Below are positions 20,017 to 29,185 of a stretch of DNA of 64,000 bases, piece by piece. The stretch's first letter is position 1; every line of letters starts with the position of its first letter. The notes below the pieces were generated by a model, which was not told the DNA's origin, searched no databases, and was given only the letters and a program-made list of their open reading frames with translations. The DNA is from an uncultured Methanolobus sp. (GTDB lineage: Archaea; Halobacteriota; Methanosarcinia; Methanosarcinales; Methanosarcinaceae): contig OY776215.1 of NCBI GenBank assembly GCA_963675495.1, forward strand, positions 2,656,001 through 2,720,000, in the 5' to 3' direction. A program made the position numbers and the translations under genes.

Positions 20017-20099
20017 TCCTATAGATATTTTGAATTATAAATATAAAAGCATGATTAGAAGAAAAAATTGTATTCTAATAACAAGGGAAATAAAAACTT

Positions 20100-20130
20100 C
20101 TCATGGCATATACTCCGATCATGCCATGAG
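20100..20130 (-). terminator. Hairpin overlapping the 3' end of small peptide gene 1, followed by a U-rich tract
   Basis: CTCATGGCAT/ATGCCATGAG 10-bp inverted repeat; minus-strand RNA continues AAGUUUUUAUUU. Confidence 0.6.
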
Positions 20131-20223
20131 GGTATAGTATGCCATCATTGTAGCAGCAAGTCCGGTCAGGATCGTAGCAAACTTCGTAAGATCTATGTTG
20201 TTGTTGTAGTATTGTTCTGTCAT
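20119..20223 (-). CDS. Small hydrophobic peptide, 34 aa (copy 1): MTEQYYNNNIDLTKFATILTGLAATMMAYYTLMA
   Basis: Not in the ORF track; paralog at 22774-22893 differs mostly at synonymous third positions; TATA box about 30 bp upstream. Confidence 0.8.
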   Translation of the reverse strand: MTEQYYNNNIDLTKFATILTGLAATMMAYYTLMA

Positions 20224-20291
20224 GATTTATCATGATATACAAGTGCATTACTCTATATATAGCTATGGGTCATCTATCATGATTAATCATG
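20221..20291. promoter_or_regulatory. Dyad-symmetric operator-TATA-operator element (copy 1)
   Basis: CATGATTTATCATGATA (20221-37) and TATCATGATTAATCATG (20275-91) are 16/17 inverted repeats around palindromic CTATATATAG (20253-62). Confidence 0.7.
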
Positions 20292-20349
20292 TGTGAACTG
20301 TAAAAGAATGTATATGAATAAGTATGAAGTGACTGTTAACTTTCTGATT

Positions 20350-22590
20350 TTATTTCTGTTTTCTGCCCCAAAGGGCTGTAATACATACGATGGTAATCCC
20401 TGCAATAAATGTAAATCCTGGGGTAGTACGAACTTCCATAACCTCTGTTTCTGGTTCAGGCTCTTGAGTATATTGAGACATTGATAGCCTTGTTTCTTCG
20501 TCTAATGGCATTTCGCCTGATTTGAAGCCTACAATACTAAAAAATGAAAAACCAAGTGTTTGTGTGGTGAAGTATATTGATTCATCATCTTCATCTACAT
20601 GTATAGTTGGCAGGTCATTCCATTGATCATCATGGTATCTTGTCATGCGTATTGTGGATGTATCTATTTTATTCGCAGCTGCCCATTCCTTACTGACCCT
20701 GAAATGAATGTTAATATTGTCAGCATTGTCTGTTGATATTGTACCTTCATTCCCTACATCTATGCGCATGAGATTATAAGAAGTGCCTGAGGGGGATGAT
20801 ATTTCGTCAGGTACCTCTTTGAGGACCTCTACTCTGGCCATAACAAGGCCTTTGTTGTTCTTTGAATCAAAGGTTATTCCTGTAATTGGTGTACTACTCT
20901 CTGAGAAGTCAAATTCAACTTCAGCACCGTTATTAACTCTTATAATTGATGAGACCGTGGTTTCCATGACCTTTTCTTTTTGATCTGGGATAGTTTGTTC
21001 AGAGCTTTCTGAGTTACTGTTCGCCGGAATTGGTGAGAAAGGCGCATTTACTGTAATTGTTGTCGATGTGCTGTTAGATAAGCCCCTTGCACTAACAGTA
21101 AGTGTTGCAATATATATTCCAGAATCAGTGTATTCATGTGTGGTGTTAACTGCTGATTTATCTGTTGTATTATACCATTGTCCATCACCAAATGACAGGT
21201 TCCACATAGTTGGGCCATCTGTGGATATATCTGTGAATGCAACATTTAGCGGCGCAGTTCCAGATGCTGTATTTATTGTGTAATCAGCTTCTGGTGAGAT
21301 TGGTACCATTGAAAATTCTATTGCAGGATTTGATTCGTTAATAGTGACCATCTGATGTGTAGGTGTTTCATAGAAATCCTTTACCACAGTTATGTTGTAT
21401 GTTCCGACTTCAAGCACCAGGGTTGTGTTGGTCTGAATAGCCTGTTTAGTTTCATCTACATATATTATAGCATCTGGTGTGGAAGAATTGACTGGAAGAA
21501 AACCTGGCTTCAAAATAGTGGCATATTTGAGTGTCATCTCAGTACTGTCGTAATAACTAATAGACACTTCATCTGAAGAATTAAAAGCAAGGGATGTGTA
21601 TCGTCCAACATCTCCAATGCTGTCAATTGTTTCAGTCTTCCATCTGTTGCCATTGTAATAGGTATACTTAAGGTCTCTGTTAGTAACATCGTAGTAGCTT
21701 ATTGCTGGTTTATCTTGCAAATCAAATGCAAGGGATGTGTATTGTCCAACGTATGCGCTGTTGTCTATTGTTTCCACATTCCATGTGTTGTTGTCGTAAT
21801 AAGCAAATTTGAGATGGTTGTGAACACCAGCATCCAGATAGCTTATTGCTGGTTTATTTTCTGAATCAAATCCAAGGGATGAGTATTGGCCAACGTAACC
21901 ATTGCTGTCAATTGTTTGCACATTCCATGCGTTGTTGTCATAATAAGCATATTTGAGGCTATAGTTCGTGTTGTCTGCATAACTTATTGCTGGTTTATTT
22001 ATCAAGTCAAATGCAAGTGAAGTATATAGTCCAACATCACCACCATTGTCTACTATATCTATCTGCCATCCATTACCATCGTAATGGGCATATTTGAGAG
22101 TCCCGTTTGTGTCATCATGATAGCTTATTGCTGGATTATTTGAGAAGTCAAATGCAAGAGATGTGTACCTTCCGACATTGTCTATGCTATCAACAATCTG
22201 CACTTTCCATTGGCTGTCATCGTAATAAGCATATTTGAGGTCTCCATTATTGTTATCGTAATAGCTTATTGCTGGTTTATCTGCCAGGTCAAATGCAAGG
22301 GAAGTGTAGTATCCAACAGATTCATTGTTATCAATTGTTTCAATGATCCATTGGTTACTGTCATAACAAGAATATTTAAGATTTCCATTTGTGCTATCGT
22401 AATAACTTATTGCTGGTCTGTCGGCTGAATCAAATGCAAGGGATGTATAGTATCCAACAATGCTATTGTTGTCAACTGTTTCCACATGCCAGGATGATGC
22501 AGTGGCAGATGTTGATAGCAAAATTAATGATAAGAATATGATGGTTGGAAACTGATATTTTTCCAACAAGATACATTTTAAGGATGGCAT
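20350..22590 (-). CDS. Cell-surface protein: 7-repeat beta-propeller, PEGA-like, PKD, PGF-pre-PGF, PGF-CTERM
   Basis: Seven repeats of W..ET.D...VG.YTSLAFD...PAISY.D; C-terminal TPGF, TM helix, RKQK. Confidence 0.9.
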   Translation of the reverse strand: MPSLKCILLEKYQFPTIIFLSLILLSTSATASSWHVETVDNNSIVGYYTSLAFDSADRPAISYYDSTNGNLKYSCYDSNQWIIETIDNNESVGYYTSLAFDLADKPAISYYDNNNGDLKYAYYDDSQWKVQIVDSIDNVGRYTSLAFDFSNNPAISYHDDTNGTLKYAHYDGNGWQIDIVDNGGDVGLYTSLAFDLINKPAISYADNTNYSLKYAYYDNNAWNVQTIDSNGYVGQYSSLGFDSENKPAISYLDAGVHNHLKFAYYDNNTWNVETIDNSAYVGQYTSLAFDLQDKPAISYYDVTNRDLKYTYYNGNRWKTETIDSIGDVGRYTSLAFNSSDEVSISYYDSTEMTLKYATILKPGFLPVNSSTPDAIIYVDETKQAIQTNTTLVLEVGTYNITVVKDFYETPTHQMVTINESNPAIEFSMVPISPEADYTINTASGTAPLNVAFTDISTDGPTMWNLSFGDGQWYNTTDKSAVNTTHEYTDSGIYIATLTVSARGLSNSTSTTITVNAPFSPIPANSNSESSEQTIPDQKEKVMETTVSSIIRVNNGAEVEFDFSESSTPITGITFDSKNNKGLVMARVEVLKEVPDEISSPSGTSYNLMRIDVGNEGTISTDNADNINIHFRVSKEWAAANKIDTSTIRMTRYHDDQWNDLPTIHVDEDDESIYFTTQTLGFSFFSIVGFKSGEMPLDEETRLSMSQYTQEPEPETEVMEVRTTPGFTFIAGITIVCITALWGRKQK

Positions 22591-22758
22591 TCAAGTTGTA
22601 TATTATGTCTACATATATAAATAATGTTTTCATTATTTATTTAAAAGAATCATAGGATCAATTTTTCCTTAATCTTGCACATTTAAACAGCAAGGTAGTT
22701 TTATTTCAAATAGGCAATAAATATTAAAAACAGAAAAGTACTGAGGAAAGATACTAAT

Positions 22759-22791
22759 TATCATGGCAGAATTTTAGATTACACCATGATA
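22759..22791 (-). terminator. Hairpin overlapping the 3' end of small peptide gene 2
   Basis: TATCATGG/CCATGATA 8-bp inverted repeat. Confidence 0.5.
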
Positions 22792-22893
22792 GCTGAAGAG
22801 TGAATAATATGCGATCATTGCTGCTGCAAGTGAGGTCAGTATCGTTGCAAACTTCGTGAGGTCTATGTTGTTGTTATAGTATTGTTCTGTCAT
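22774..22893 (-). CDS. Small hydrophobic peptide, 39 aa (copy 2): MTEQYYNNNIDLTKFATILTSLAAAMIAYYSLFSYHGVI
   Basis: Not in the ORF track; first 20 aa identical to copy 1 despite 5 synonymous changes. Confidence 0.8.
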   Translation of the reverse strand: MTEQYYNNNIDLTKFATILTSLAAAMIAYYSLFSYHGVI

Positions 22894-22961
22894 GATTTAT
22901 CATGATATACAACATGCACTTTATATATAATGTTTTTGGTTAACTATCATGATTAATCATA
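22891..22961. promoter_or_regulatory. Dyad-symmetric operator-TATA-operator element (copy 2)
   Basis: CATGATTTATCATGATA and TATCATGATTAATCAT with the same spacing as copy 1, around palindromic TTATATATAA (22921-30). Confidence 0.7.
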
Positions 22962-23120
22962 ACATTACATGTGATCTCTAATTGCAGATTATTTCGGAAC
23001 ACTAAACGTGAAAATAAATTGGAAATAAAAACCTGCAAGGTGATAGTTTATCAACTGCTAAAAAAGTCTAATCAAATAAATTTGATAAGAAAAAAGAATG
23101 AAAAGAGGTTTCAATCCTCT

Positions 23121-24749
23121 TTACATCATTCCGCCCATGTCATAATTATGGATGTTATGCTCTGGAGCTACATCCATCATGGCCTGTTCTCTTGCACGGA
23201 GCATGTCATCAACACGCAGAACCAATACTGCTGATTCTGATGCTGATTTGATGGCCTGGGTCTTAACTCTCAGTGGGTCTACGATGCCTCTTTCAAGCAT
23301 ATCTACAACATCACCAGTGTCAACGTCAAGACCTGCATTCTTAATAGTTCCGTGTTTTGCACGCAGGTTTATAAGTGTGTCAATAACATCAAAGCCACAG
23401 TTTTCTGCAATAGTTCTCGGGAGTTCTTCAATAGCCTCTGCAAATGCTACTATTGCAAGCTGTTCACGGCCTTCAACAGACGCTGCATACGTTCTTAATG
23501 CCTGTGCAACCTCTATCTCGGATGCGCCGCCACCAGGTACTATCTTTCCATCCTCATACACAGTTTTTACTACATGCAATGCATCATCAAAAACACGTTC
23601 AATGTTGTCGGTGACATGTTCTGAACCACCCTTTATGAGAATGGTCATGGTTCTTGCCTCTTTGAATCCCTTTATGTAGGTCTTCTCTTCATGCTCATCT
23701 TCCTGCTCGATAAGTTCAGCATATCCAAGGTCATCAGCTGTCATCTCACTGACATTTCTTACAAGAGCTGCACCGGTTGAATGGGATAGAACGGACATAT
23801 CCTCATCTCTTACACGCCTTGTAGCATACATGTTTGCTTCTTTGAAGAAATGAAGTGCATAGTCATCAATTTTCTTAGAACAGAATACTGCATTTGCTCC
23901 AGTGTCAATTATTTTCTGAATTTGCTTCCTGAAGTTTGCTTTTTCCTGCTCCTTGAAATCAGCTAACTGTTCAGCGCTATCAACTTGGAGCTTGGATTTT
24001 GTAGTCGTCTGGGCAAACGTGAGTTCAGTATCAATAAGGATTATCTTCGCATTTTCTATGCGGCGTGGCATTTCGTTATGGAGTGCCTCTTTTCTTATTG
24101 CTATGCCGTTAATGAGTTCAGTATCGTGGATAATGCCACCTACTTCCTTTGCCATTACAATGTCCTCATCAACATTGACCTTACCCTCGTATTCAATGGC
24201 ATAGATCGCATCCACACAGATCTTAGCAAGTTGTTCCCCTGCCATCTCTGATGCCTTTCCTGTGATGGAGGTGGTTGCTATCTTCTCAAGCATTTCGCTG
24301 TCTGTCTTATCTACGGTGATGGCGTAATCATCGAGAACACTTAGAGCCTTCTCGGTTGCCATTGTATAACCTTTTATGAGGACTGTTGGGTGAACACCTG
24401 TTTCAATGAGTTTCTGTGCTTTATCAAGAAGAGCACCTGCCATTACCACTGCGCTGGTTGTTCCGTCACCAGCCATCTTTTCCTGGGTTTTGGCGATCTC
24501 CACGATCATCTTTGCAGTAGGATGTTCGATATCCATTTCATCAAGGATGGTTGCGCCATCGTTTGTGAGGGTTATGTCACCCATAATGTTAACCATCATC
24601 TTGTCCATACCTTTAGGACCAAGGGTGGTTTTCACAATACTTGCAACTGCTTTTGCAGAAGCGATGTTCATTGACAATGCATCTTTTCCTGTAGTGCGCT
24701 GTTTACTTGGATCAACAATGATTATAGGCTGATTACCATATCCTGCCAT
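23121..24749 (-). CDS. ths: Thermosome subunit (group II chaperonin)
   Basis: TTLGPKGMDKM, TNDGATIL, GDGTTS, PGGGASE; GGMM tail. Confidence 0.97.
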   Translation of the reverse strand: MAGYGNQPIIIVDPSKQRTTGKDALSMNIASAKAVASIVKTTLGPKGMDKMMVNIMGDITLTNDGATILDEMDIEHPTAKMIVEIAKTQEKMAGDGTTSAVVMAGALLDKAQKLIETGVHPTVLIKGYTMATEKALSVLDDYAITVDKTDSEMLEKIATTSITGKASEMAGEQLAKICVDAIYAIEYEGKVNVDEDIVMAKEVGGIIHDTELINGIAIRKEALHNEMPRRIENAKIILIDTELTFAQTTTKSKLQVDSAEQLADFKEQEKANFRKQIQKIIDTGANAVFCSKKIDDYALHFFKEANMYATRRVRDEDMSVLSHSTGAALVRNVSEMTADDLGYAELIEQEDEHEEKTYIKGFKEARTMTILIKGGSEHVTDNIERVFDDALHVVKTVYEDGKIVPGGGASEIEVAQALRTYAASVEGREQLAIVAFAEAIEELPRTIAENCGFDVIDTLINLRAKHGTIKNAGLDVDTGDVVDMLERGIVDPLRVKTQAIKSASESAVLVLRVDDMLRAREQAMMDVAPEHNIHNYDMGGMM

Positions 24750-24913
24750 GACTTCGGACCTCCAATAATATATGAATTTAATTTATCAGTATAATGTATG
24801 AGTGAAACTAACTGTATGTAGTTCTATAAAAACATTGCGAGTCTTGCCTTTGTTTGCTATCATTCTACTATCCTTCTTAAAGCATTTAACCCATAAAGGC
24901 ATATTTGCGGACT

Positions 24914-25717
24914 ATGCTCACTTTCATAGGACTTGGCCTTTTTGATAAGAATGATATCTCTCTGAAAGGACTCGAAGCTATAAAAAATGCTGATATGGTA
25001 TTTGCAGAATTCTACACCTCCCGTTTGATGGGTAGTACTATAGAAGAACTTGAAGCGCTCTATTGCAAACCTGTCCATGTGCTTTCCAGGGAAGATGTGG
25101 AGATATCTCCTAACTGGCTTGCTGAGGCGCAGGAAAAGAATGTTGTCTTCCTTACAGGCGGGGATACCATGGTCTCTACGACCCATGTTGACCTGCGTCT
25201 TCGTGCAAAGGACATGGGCATCGAAACAAAGCTCATACACGGATCATCTATTGCTTCAGCTATCTGTGGTCTTTCCGGTCTGCAGAATTATCGATTTGGA
25301 AAATCATCCACCGTACCTCACCCATACACCAGTATCCGTGGAAATACTATCATTTCCGAAACACCTTATGATACTATTAAACTCAATAAGGAACACGGCA
25401 TGCACACCCTGGTCTTTCTGGATATAGACAAAGATAAGGGCTATATGACGGTTAATCAGGCATTAGGACTTCTCCTTGAGATTGAGGGGAGACGTGGGGA
25501 AGGTGTTATGGAAAATGCCATTACTGTTGGTATTGCCAGGGCAGGTTCTGATAAACCAGTTGTAAAGGCTGGATATGCACGTCACCTTCAGGAGGAAGAC
25601 TTTGGTGAGCCACTGCACATACTTGTTGTTCCTGCATCGCTTCATTTTATAGAAGCTGAAACACTTGTCAAACTCTTAGGTGCACCACAGGAAATACTGG
25701 ATGAACTTGATGACTGA
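24914..25717 (+). CDS. dph5: Diphthine synthase
   Basis: MLTFIGLGL, EFYTS, STTHVDL, GLQNYRFGKS, HTLVFLDI motifs. Confidence 0.95.
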   Translation: MLTFIGLGLFDKNDISLKGLEAIKNADMVFAEFYTSRLMGSTIEELEALYCKPVHVLSREDVEISPNWLAEAQEKNVVFLTGGDTMVSTTHVDLRLRAKDMGIETKLIHGSSIASAICGLSGLQNYRFGKSSTVPHPYTSIRGNTIISETPYDTIKLNKEHGMHTLVFLDIDKDKGYMTVNQALGLLLEIEGRRGEGVMENAITVGIARAGSDKPVVKAGYARHLQEEDFGEPLHILVVPASLHFIEAETLVKLLGAPQEILDELDD

Positions 25718-25779
25718 GGGAAGATATAATAATACATAATAAACATAAAAGAAAAGACCATGAAATTGAGGGATGAAAA

Positions 25780-27567
25780 ATGGTAAGAGGTTCAGTAGGC
25801 GTAATTTTTGGAGAAACCGGGACCTTTGAGTTCAAAGTAATGGTTTTTGATAGCTCAAAAGTGTACAGGGGCGCATATGTTAAAGTCTGGCATGACGCTT
25901 CTTCAGATGAGAAAGACCACACATGGGTCCTTGGTCAGGTAATGGCGATCAAGAGATACAGTGATTCATTTTCTATTGAAGAGGCAATGAAAGGACAACG
26001 TGCGGATAAAAGTGATGACAAGATAGTTGCTGAGGTCATTATTATCGGTTCAAGGGATGAGACTGGAATGCTCAGGTCACCTGTAATACCATTCAGTCCG
26101 GGAAGCCCTATATTTGCAGCTGATGAAGGACTAACAAGAGCTGTACTTGGACTTACCGGTAATGAAATGGATATTGGTCTGCTCGAAGGAACGAATATCA
26201 AAGTACAACTTAGTGTCAATAGTCTTGTACAGAAACACTGCAGTATACTGGCAAAGACTGGTAGTGGTAAATCCTACACGGCTTCCGTGCTGCTTGAAGA
26301 GTTGCTTGATCAGAATATTCCGCTTCTTATTATAGACCCGCACAGTGAGTACTCTTCCTTAAAAGTTGCCGGAGAGGGTGACAAAGATGATTTCTCACGT
26401 TTTGGTGTTGCTCCTAAAGGCTATGGCACCAAGATCAAGGTGTACACACCTGCAAACAAGTCACTAAATCCGGATGTAGATGAGCTTTTCAGACTGAACG
26501 GGATGAATCTTACTGTCAAGGATCTGACATCCATTTTCCCTGATAACTTCTCCACAACACACACGGGAATATTGTATGAGGCAATACAGAAAATACGTTC
26601 AGAAATGGAAACGTACACTATTGAAGATATAATCTTTGAAGTTGGCAACGATAAGAGCAAAGCCAAGTGGAATGTGATAAGTGTTCTTGAGCAGATACGG
26701 GACACAGGTATATTGTCACCTAATCCAACTTCTATTGAGGAACTATTCCAGAAAGGAAAAGCATCTGTTATTGATTTTAAAGGTGTTACACCTGAATTAC
26801 AGAGTATGATAGTAGCAAGTTTGTGTTCCAGTCTCTTTGAGGCGCGCAAACTTAATCGAATCCCACCGGGAATGCTTGTTGTAGAGGAAGCCCACAACTA
26901 TGCTCCTGAAAAAGGATTCAGTAAAACAACAAGCACTGATATTCTCAGGACAATAGCGTCCGAGGGACGAAAATTCGGTCTTGGTATGATGGTTATTTCC
27001 CAGAGACCTGCAAGGATAGATAAGAACGTACTTTCACAGTGCGGTACCCAGGTCATCATGAAAGTCACAAATCCCAATGACCTTAAGGCTATAAGCAAAG
27101 GTCTTGAAGGAGTTACTTCCTATGTAGAGGAAGAGCTCATGCGCCTGCCACCCGGGGTTGCCATGCTGGTAAGTAATGAGATTGAAAGACCTGTTCTTGT
27201 GGACATCAGGATAAGAAAATCAAAGCATGGCGGTGAGTCCGTAAACGTGCTAAAGGCAGCAAGGACGGTGTCGCCTCCTCCACCCGCAGAAATGCTTGCT
27301 GAGAAACACGAAGCATCAAGACCGGCTCCTGTTCGCAGACCGATGCCGGAGCTTCAAACTTCAGCGAGTGTGCCTGAACCGGAGATAATGATGGATGTAC
27401 CGGTTGTAGATGTACCAATTATAGATGTGCCAGTTGTGGATATGCCTGAACCGGCTTCTAATATTGCTCCACCTCCAAAGAGACAACCTTCCAGGAAACC
27501 TAAGGTTGAGAATGAAAGTGAAAGCGGAGGCAAATTGTTCAAGAAGTTGTTTGGGGCGAACAGATAA
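25780..27567 (+). CDS. HerA/FtsK-family ATPase (DUF87) with N-terminal barrel and Pro-rich tail
   Basis: AKTGSGKS, IIDPHSEY, VEEAHNY, SEGRKFG and SQRPA motifs. Confidence 0.9.
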   Translation: MVRGSVGVIFGETGTFEFKVMVFDSSKVYRGAYVKVWHDASSDEKDHTWVLGQVMAIKRYSDSFSIEEAMKGQRADKSDDKIVAEVIIIGSRDETGMLRSPVIPFSPGSPIFAADEGLTRAVLGLTGNEMDIGLLEGTNIKVQLSVNSLVQKHCSILAKTGSGKSYTASVLLEELLDQNIPLLIIDPHSEYSSLKVAGEGDKDDFSRFGVAPKGYGTKIKVYTPANKSLNPDVDELFRLNGMNLTVKDLTSIFPDNFSTTHTGILYEAIQKIRSEMETYTIEDIIFEVGNDKSKAKWNVISVLEQIRDTGILSPNPTSIEELFQKGKASVIDFKGVTPELQSMIVASLCSSLFEARKLNRIPPGMLVVEEAHNYAPEKGFSKTTSTDILRTIASEGRKFGLGMMVISQRPARIDKNVLSQCGTQVIMKVTNPNDLKAISKGLEGVTSYVEEELMRLPPGVAMLVSNEIERPVLVDIRIRKSKHGGESVNVLKAARTVSPPPPAEMLAEKHEASRPAPVRRPMPELQTSASVPEPEIMMDVPVVDVPIIDVPVVDMPEPASNIAPPPKRQPSRKPKVENESESGGKLFKKLFGANR

Positions 27568-27599
27568 TTAACTATGAGCACTGTTGAGGCAAGTATAAC

Positions 27600-27881
27600 A
27601 TGGCTGCTGACCTGAATGAAAAAGTTAAGAGATATGAAAGACTATTAAGGGAAGCACTTGAAAAGGCGAAATTTGCCCCAATACCTCAATCTCATATGTA
27701 TAAAGCTGCCAGTGACTACCATAATATGGCAAGTTCATACTATAATGACGGTCTTCACTTTGTAAAGTGTGATGATCCTGTCAATGCGCTTGTCTGCTTT
27801 AGTTATGGGCATGCATGGCTTGATGCAGGAGCAAGACTTGGTCTTTTCGATGTTGATGACGATGTGTTATTTACTATATGA
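27600..27881 (+). CDS. DUF357 domain protein
   Basis: MASSYYNDGLHF...DPVNALVCFSYGHAWLDAG. Confidence 0.9.
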   Translation: MAADLNEKVKRYERLLREALEKAKFAPIPQSHMYKAASDYHNMASSYYNDGLHFVKCDDPVNALVCFSYGHAWLDAGARLGLFDVDDDVLFTI

Positions 27882-27929
27882 AGACAAATTTATTTGAAGA
27901 AGAAATGAAGTATAAACTGGAGATATCTA

Positions 27930-28271
27930 ATGTCAAATTATCATGTTACACTTGAAGCTGCCTGGTTGGTAAGAGATGTAAAATCAGCAGATGACGCAAT
28001 AGGCGTTGCAATTTCTGAGGCAGGAAAACGCCTCAATCCACAACTTGACTATGTTGAGGTGGATGTAGGAACAACATTCTGTCCTGCCTGTGAAGAACCC
28101 TTCAGCAGTGTATTTTTAGCTGCAAATACCGCAATTGTAGGTCTCGTTCTTGAAATGAAAGTGTTTGATGCAGAAAGCCCTGAACATGCCGCAAGAATTG
28201 CAAAATCCGTAATTGGAAAAGCATTAAGGGATGTTCCTCTTGATGTGGTAGATGTCGGAGAATTCGAATAA
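27930..28271 (+). CDS. UPF0212/DUF555 protein
   Basis: [29 protein letters not shown]. Confidence 0.9.
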   Translation: MSNYHVTLEAAWLVRDVKSADDAIGVAISEAGKRLNPQLDYVEVDVGTTFCPACEEPFSSVFLAANTAIVGLVLEMKVFDAESPEHAARIAKSVIGKALRDVPLDVVDVGEFE

Positions 28272-28285
28272 AGGATGTATCGGAC

Positions 28286-29185
28286 ATGGACAGGACGATC
28301 ACCGTTGTAGGACATGCTGCCATAGACCTGCTCTTTGATGTTGAGAATATCGCAATTCACAACGAATCACATCCCATAATCAACTATGATCAGTATTATG
28401 GAGGCGGGGCTGCTAATATTGCAATTGCAATTGCCATACTTGGTGGTGAGGCCCAATTGATATCAGCAGTTGGAGGAGATTTTGCATCATCAGGCTATGA
28501 GGCTGAACTTGAAAAACACGGTGTTGACCTATCCCTGTTATACAGATTCCCTGAAGAGAAGAGCACCCGGGCTTTTGTGTTCACTGACAGGGAGCATCAG
28601 CAAAGTACATATTTCCACTGGGGCGCATCTGTAAAGCTCAAGGAATTAGACCCCCGTGAAGTTGATTTTGTACATCTTGCAACATCTGATTCCGCATATA
28701 ATGCGAAGATAGCTAAAAAAGCAGGTTTTGTTTCCTTCGATCCTGGACAGGATCTTGTAACTTATTCCGTCGAAAACCTTGAAAGTATACTTGAAAACAC
28801 TAACATCCTTTTTACAAACAGGCATGAAATAGAGCGTGTATGTGATATGACCGGTAAGTCATTTGATGACATTCTCAGTATGATAGAAACTGTTGTCGTC
28901 ACCTATGATGCCAGTGGCAGTAAGATCTACAACAGTGGCAAGGAAATCACTATTCCTGTGGTTACTGTAAAAGCTCTTGACCCAACAGGTGCAGGCGATG
29001 CTTACAGGGCAGGATTCCTGCTTGCATACACACGCAACTACTCACTGGAAGCCTGTGGCAAGATAGGATCAACTGTCGCTTCTTTTGCTGTTCAGAACAT
29101 TGGTTGCCAGACGGACCTTCCTACATGGGATGTTATGAAGACAAGATATGAAAAGAATTTTGGTAAGTTTCCTGAAAGTATATAA
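28286..29185 (+). CDS. PfkB/ribokinase-family kinase (nucleoside kinase-like)
   Basis: GGGAANIA, FDPGQ, DPTGAGDAYRAG. Confidence 0.92.
   Translation: MDRTITVVGHAAIDLLFDVENIAIHNESHPIINYDQYYGGGAANIAIAIAILGGEAQLISAVGGDFASSGYEAELEKHGVDLSLLYRFPEEKSTRAFVFTDREHQQSTYFHWGASVKLKELDPREVDFVHLATSDSAYNAKIAKKAGFVSFDPGQDLVTYSVENLESILENTNILFTNRHEIERVCDMTGKSFDDILSMIETVVVTYDASGSKIYNSGKEITIPVVTVKALDPTGAGDAYRAGFLLAYTRNYSLEACGKIGSTVASFAVQNIGCQTDLPTWDVMKTRYEKNFGKFPESI

Noticed and set aside
20279-20296. Plus-strand micro-ORFs starting in the distal palindrome (MINHV; MINHNITCDL at 22949)
   Set aside because: Similarity is limited to the palindrome itself; length and downstream sequence are not conserved between copies.
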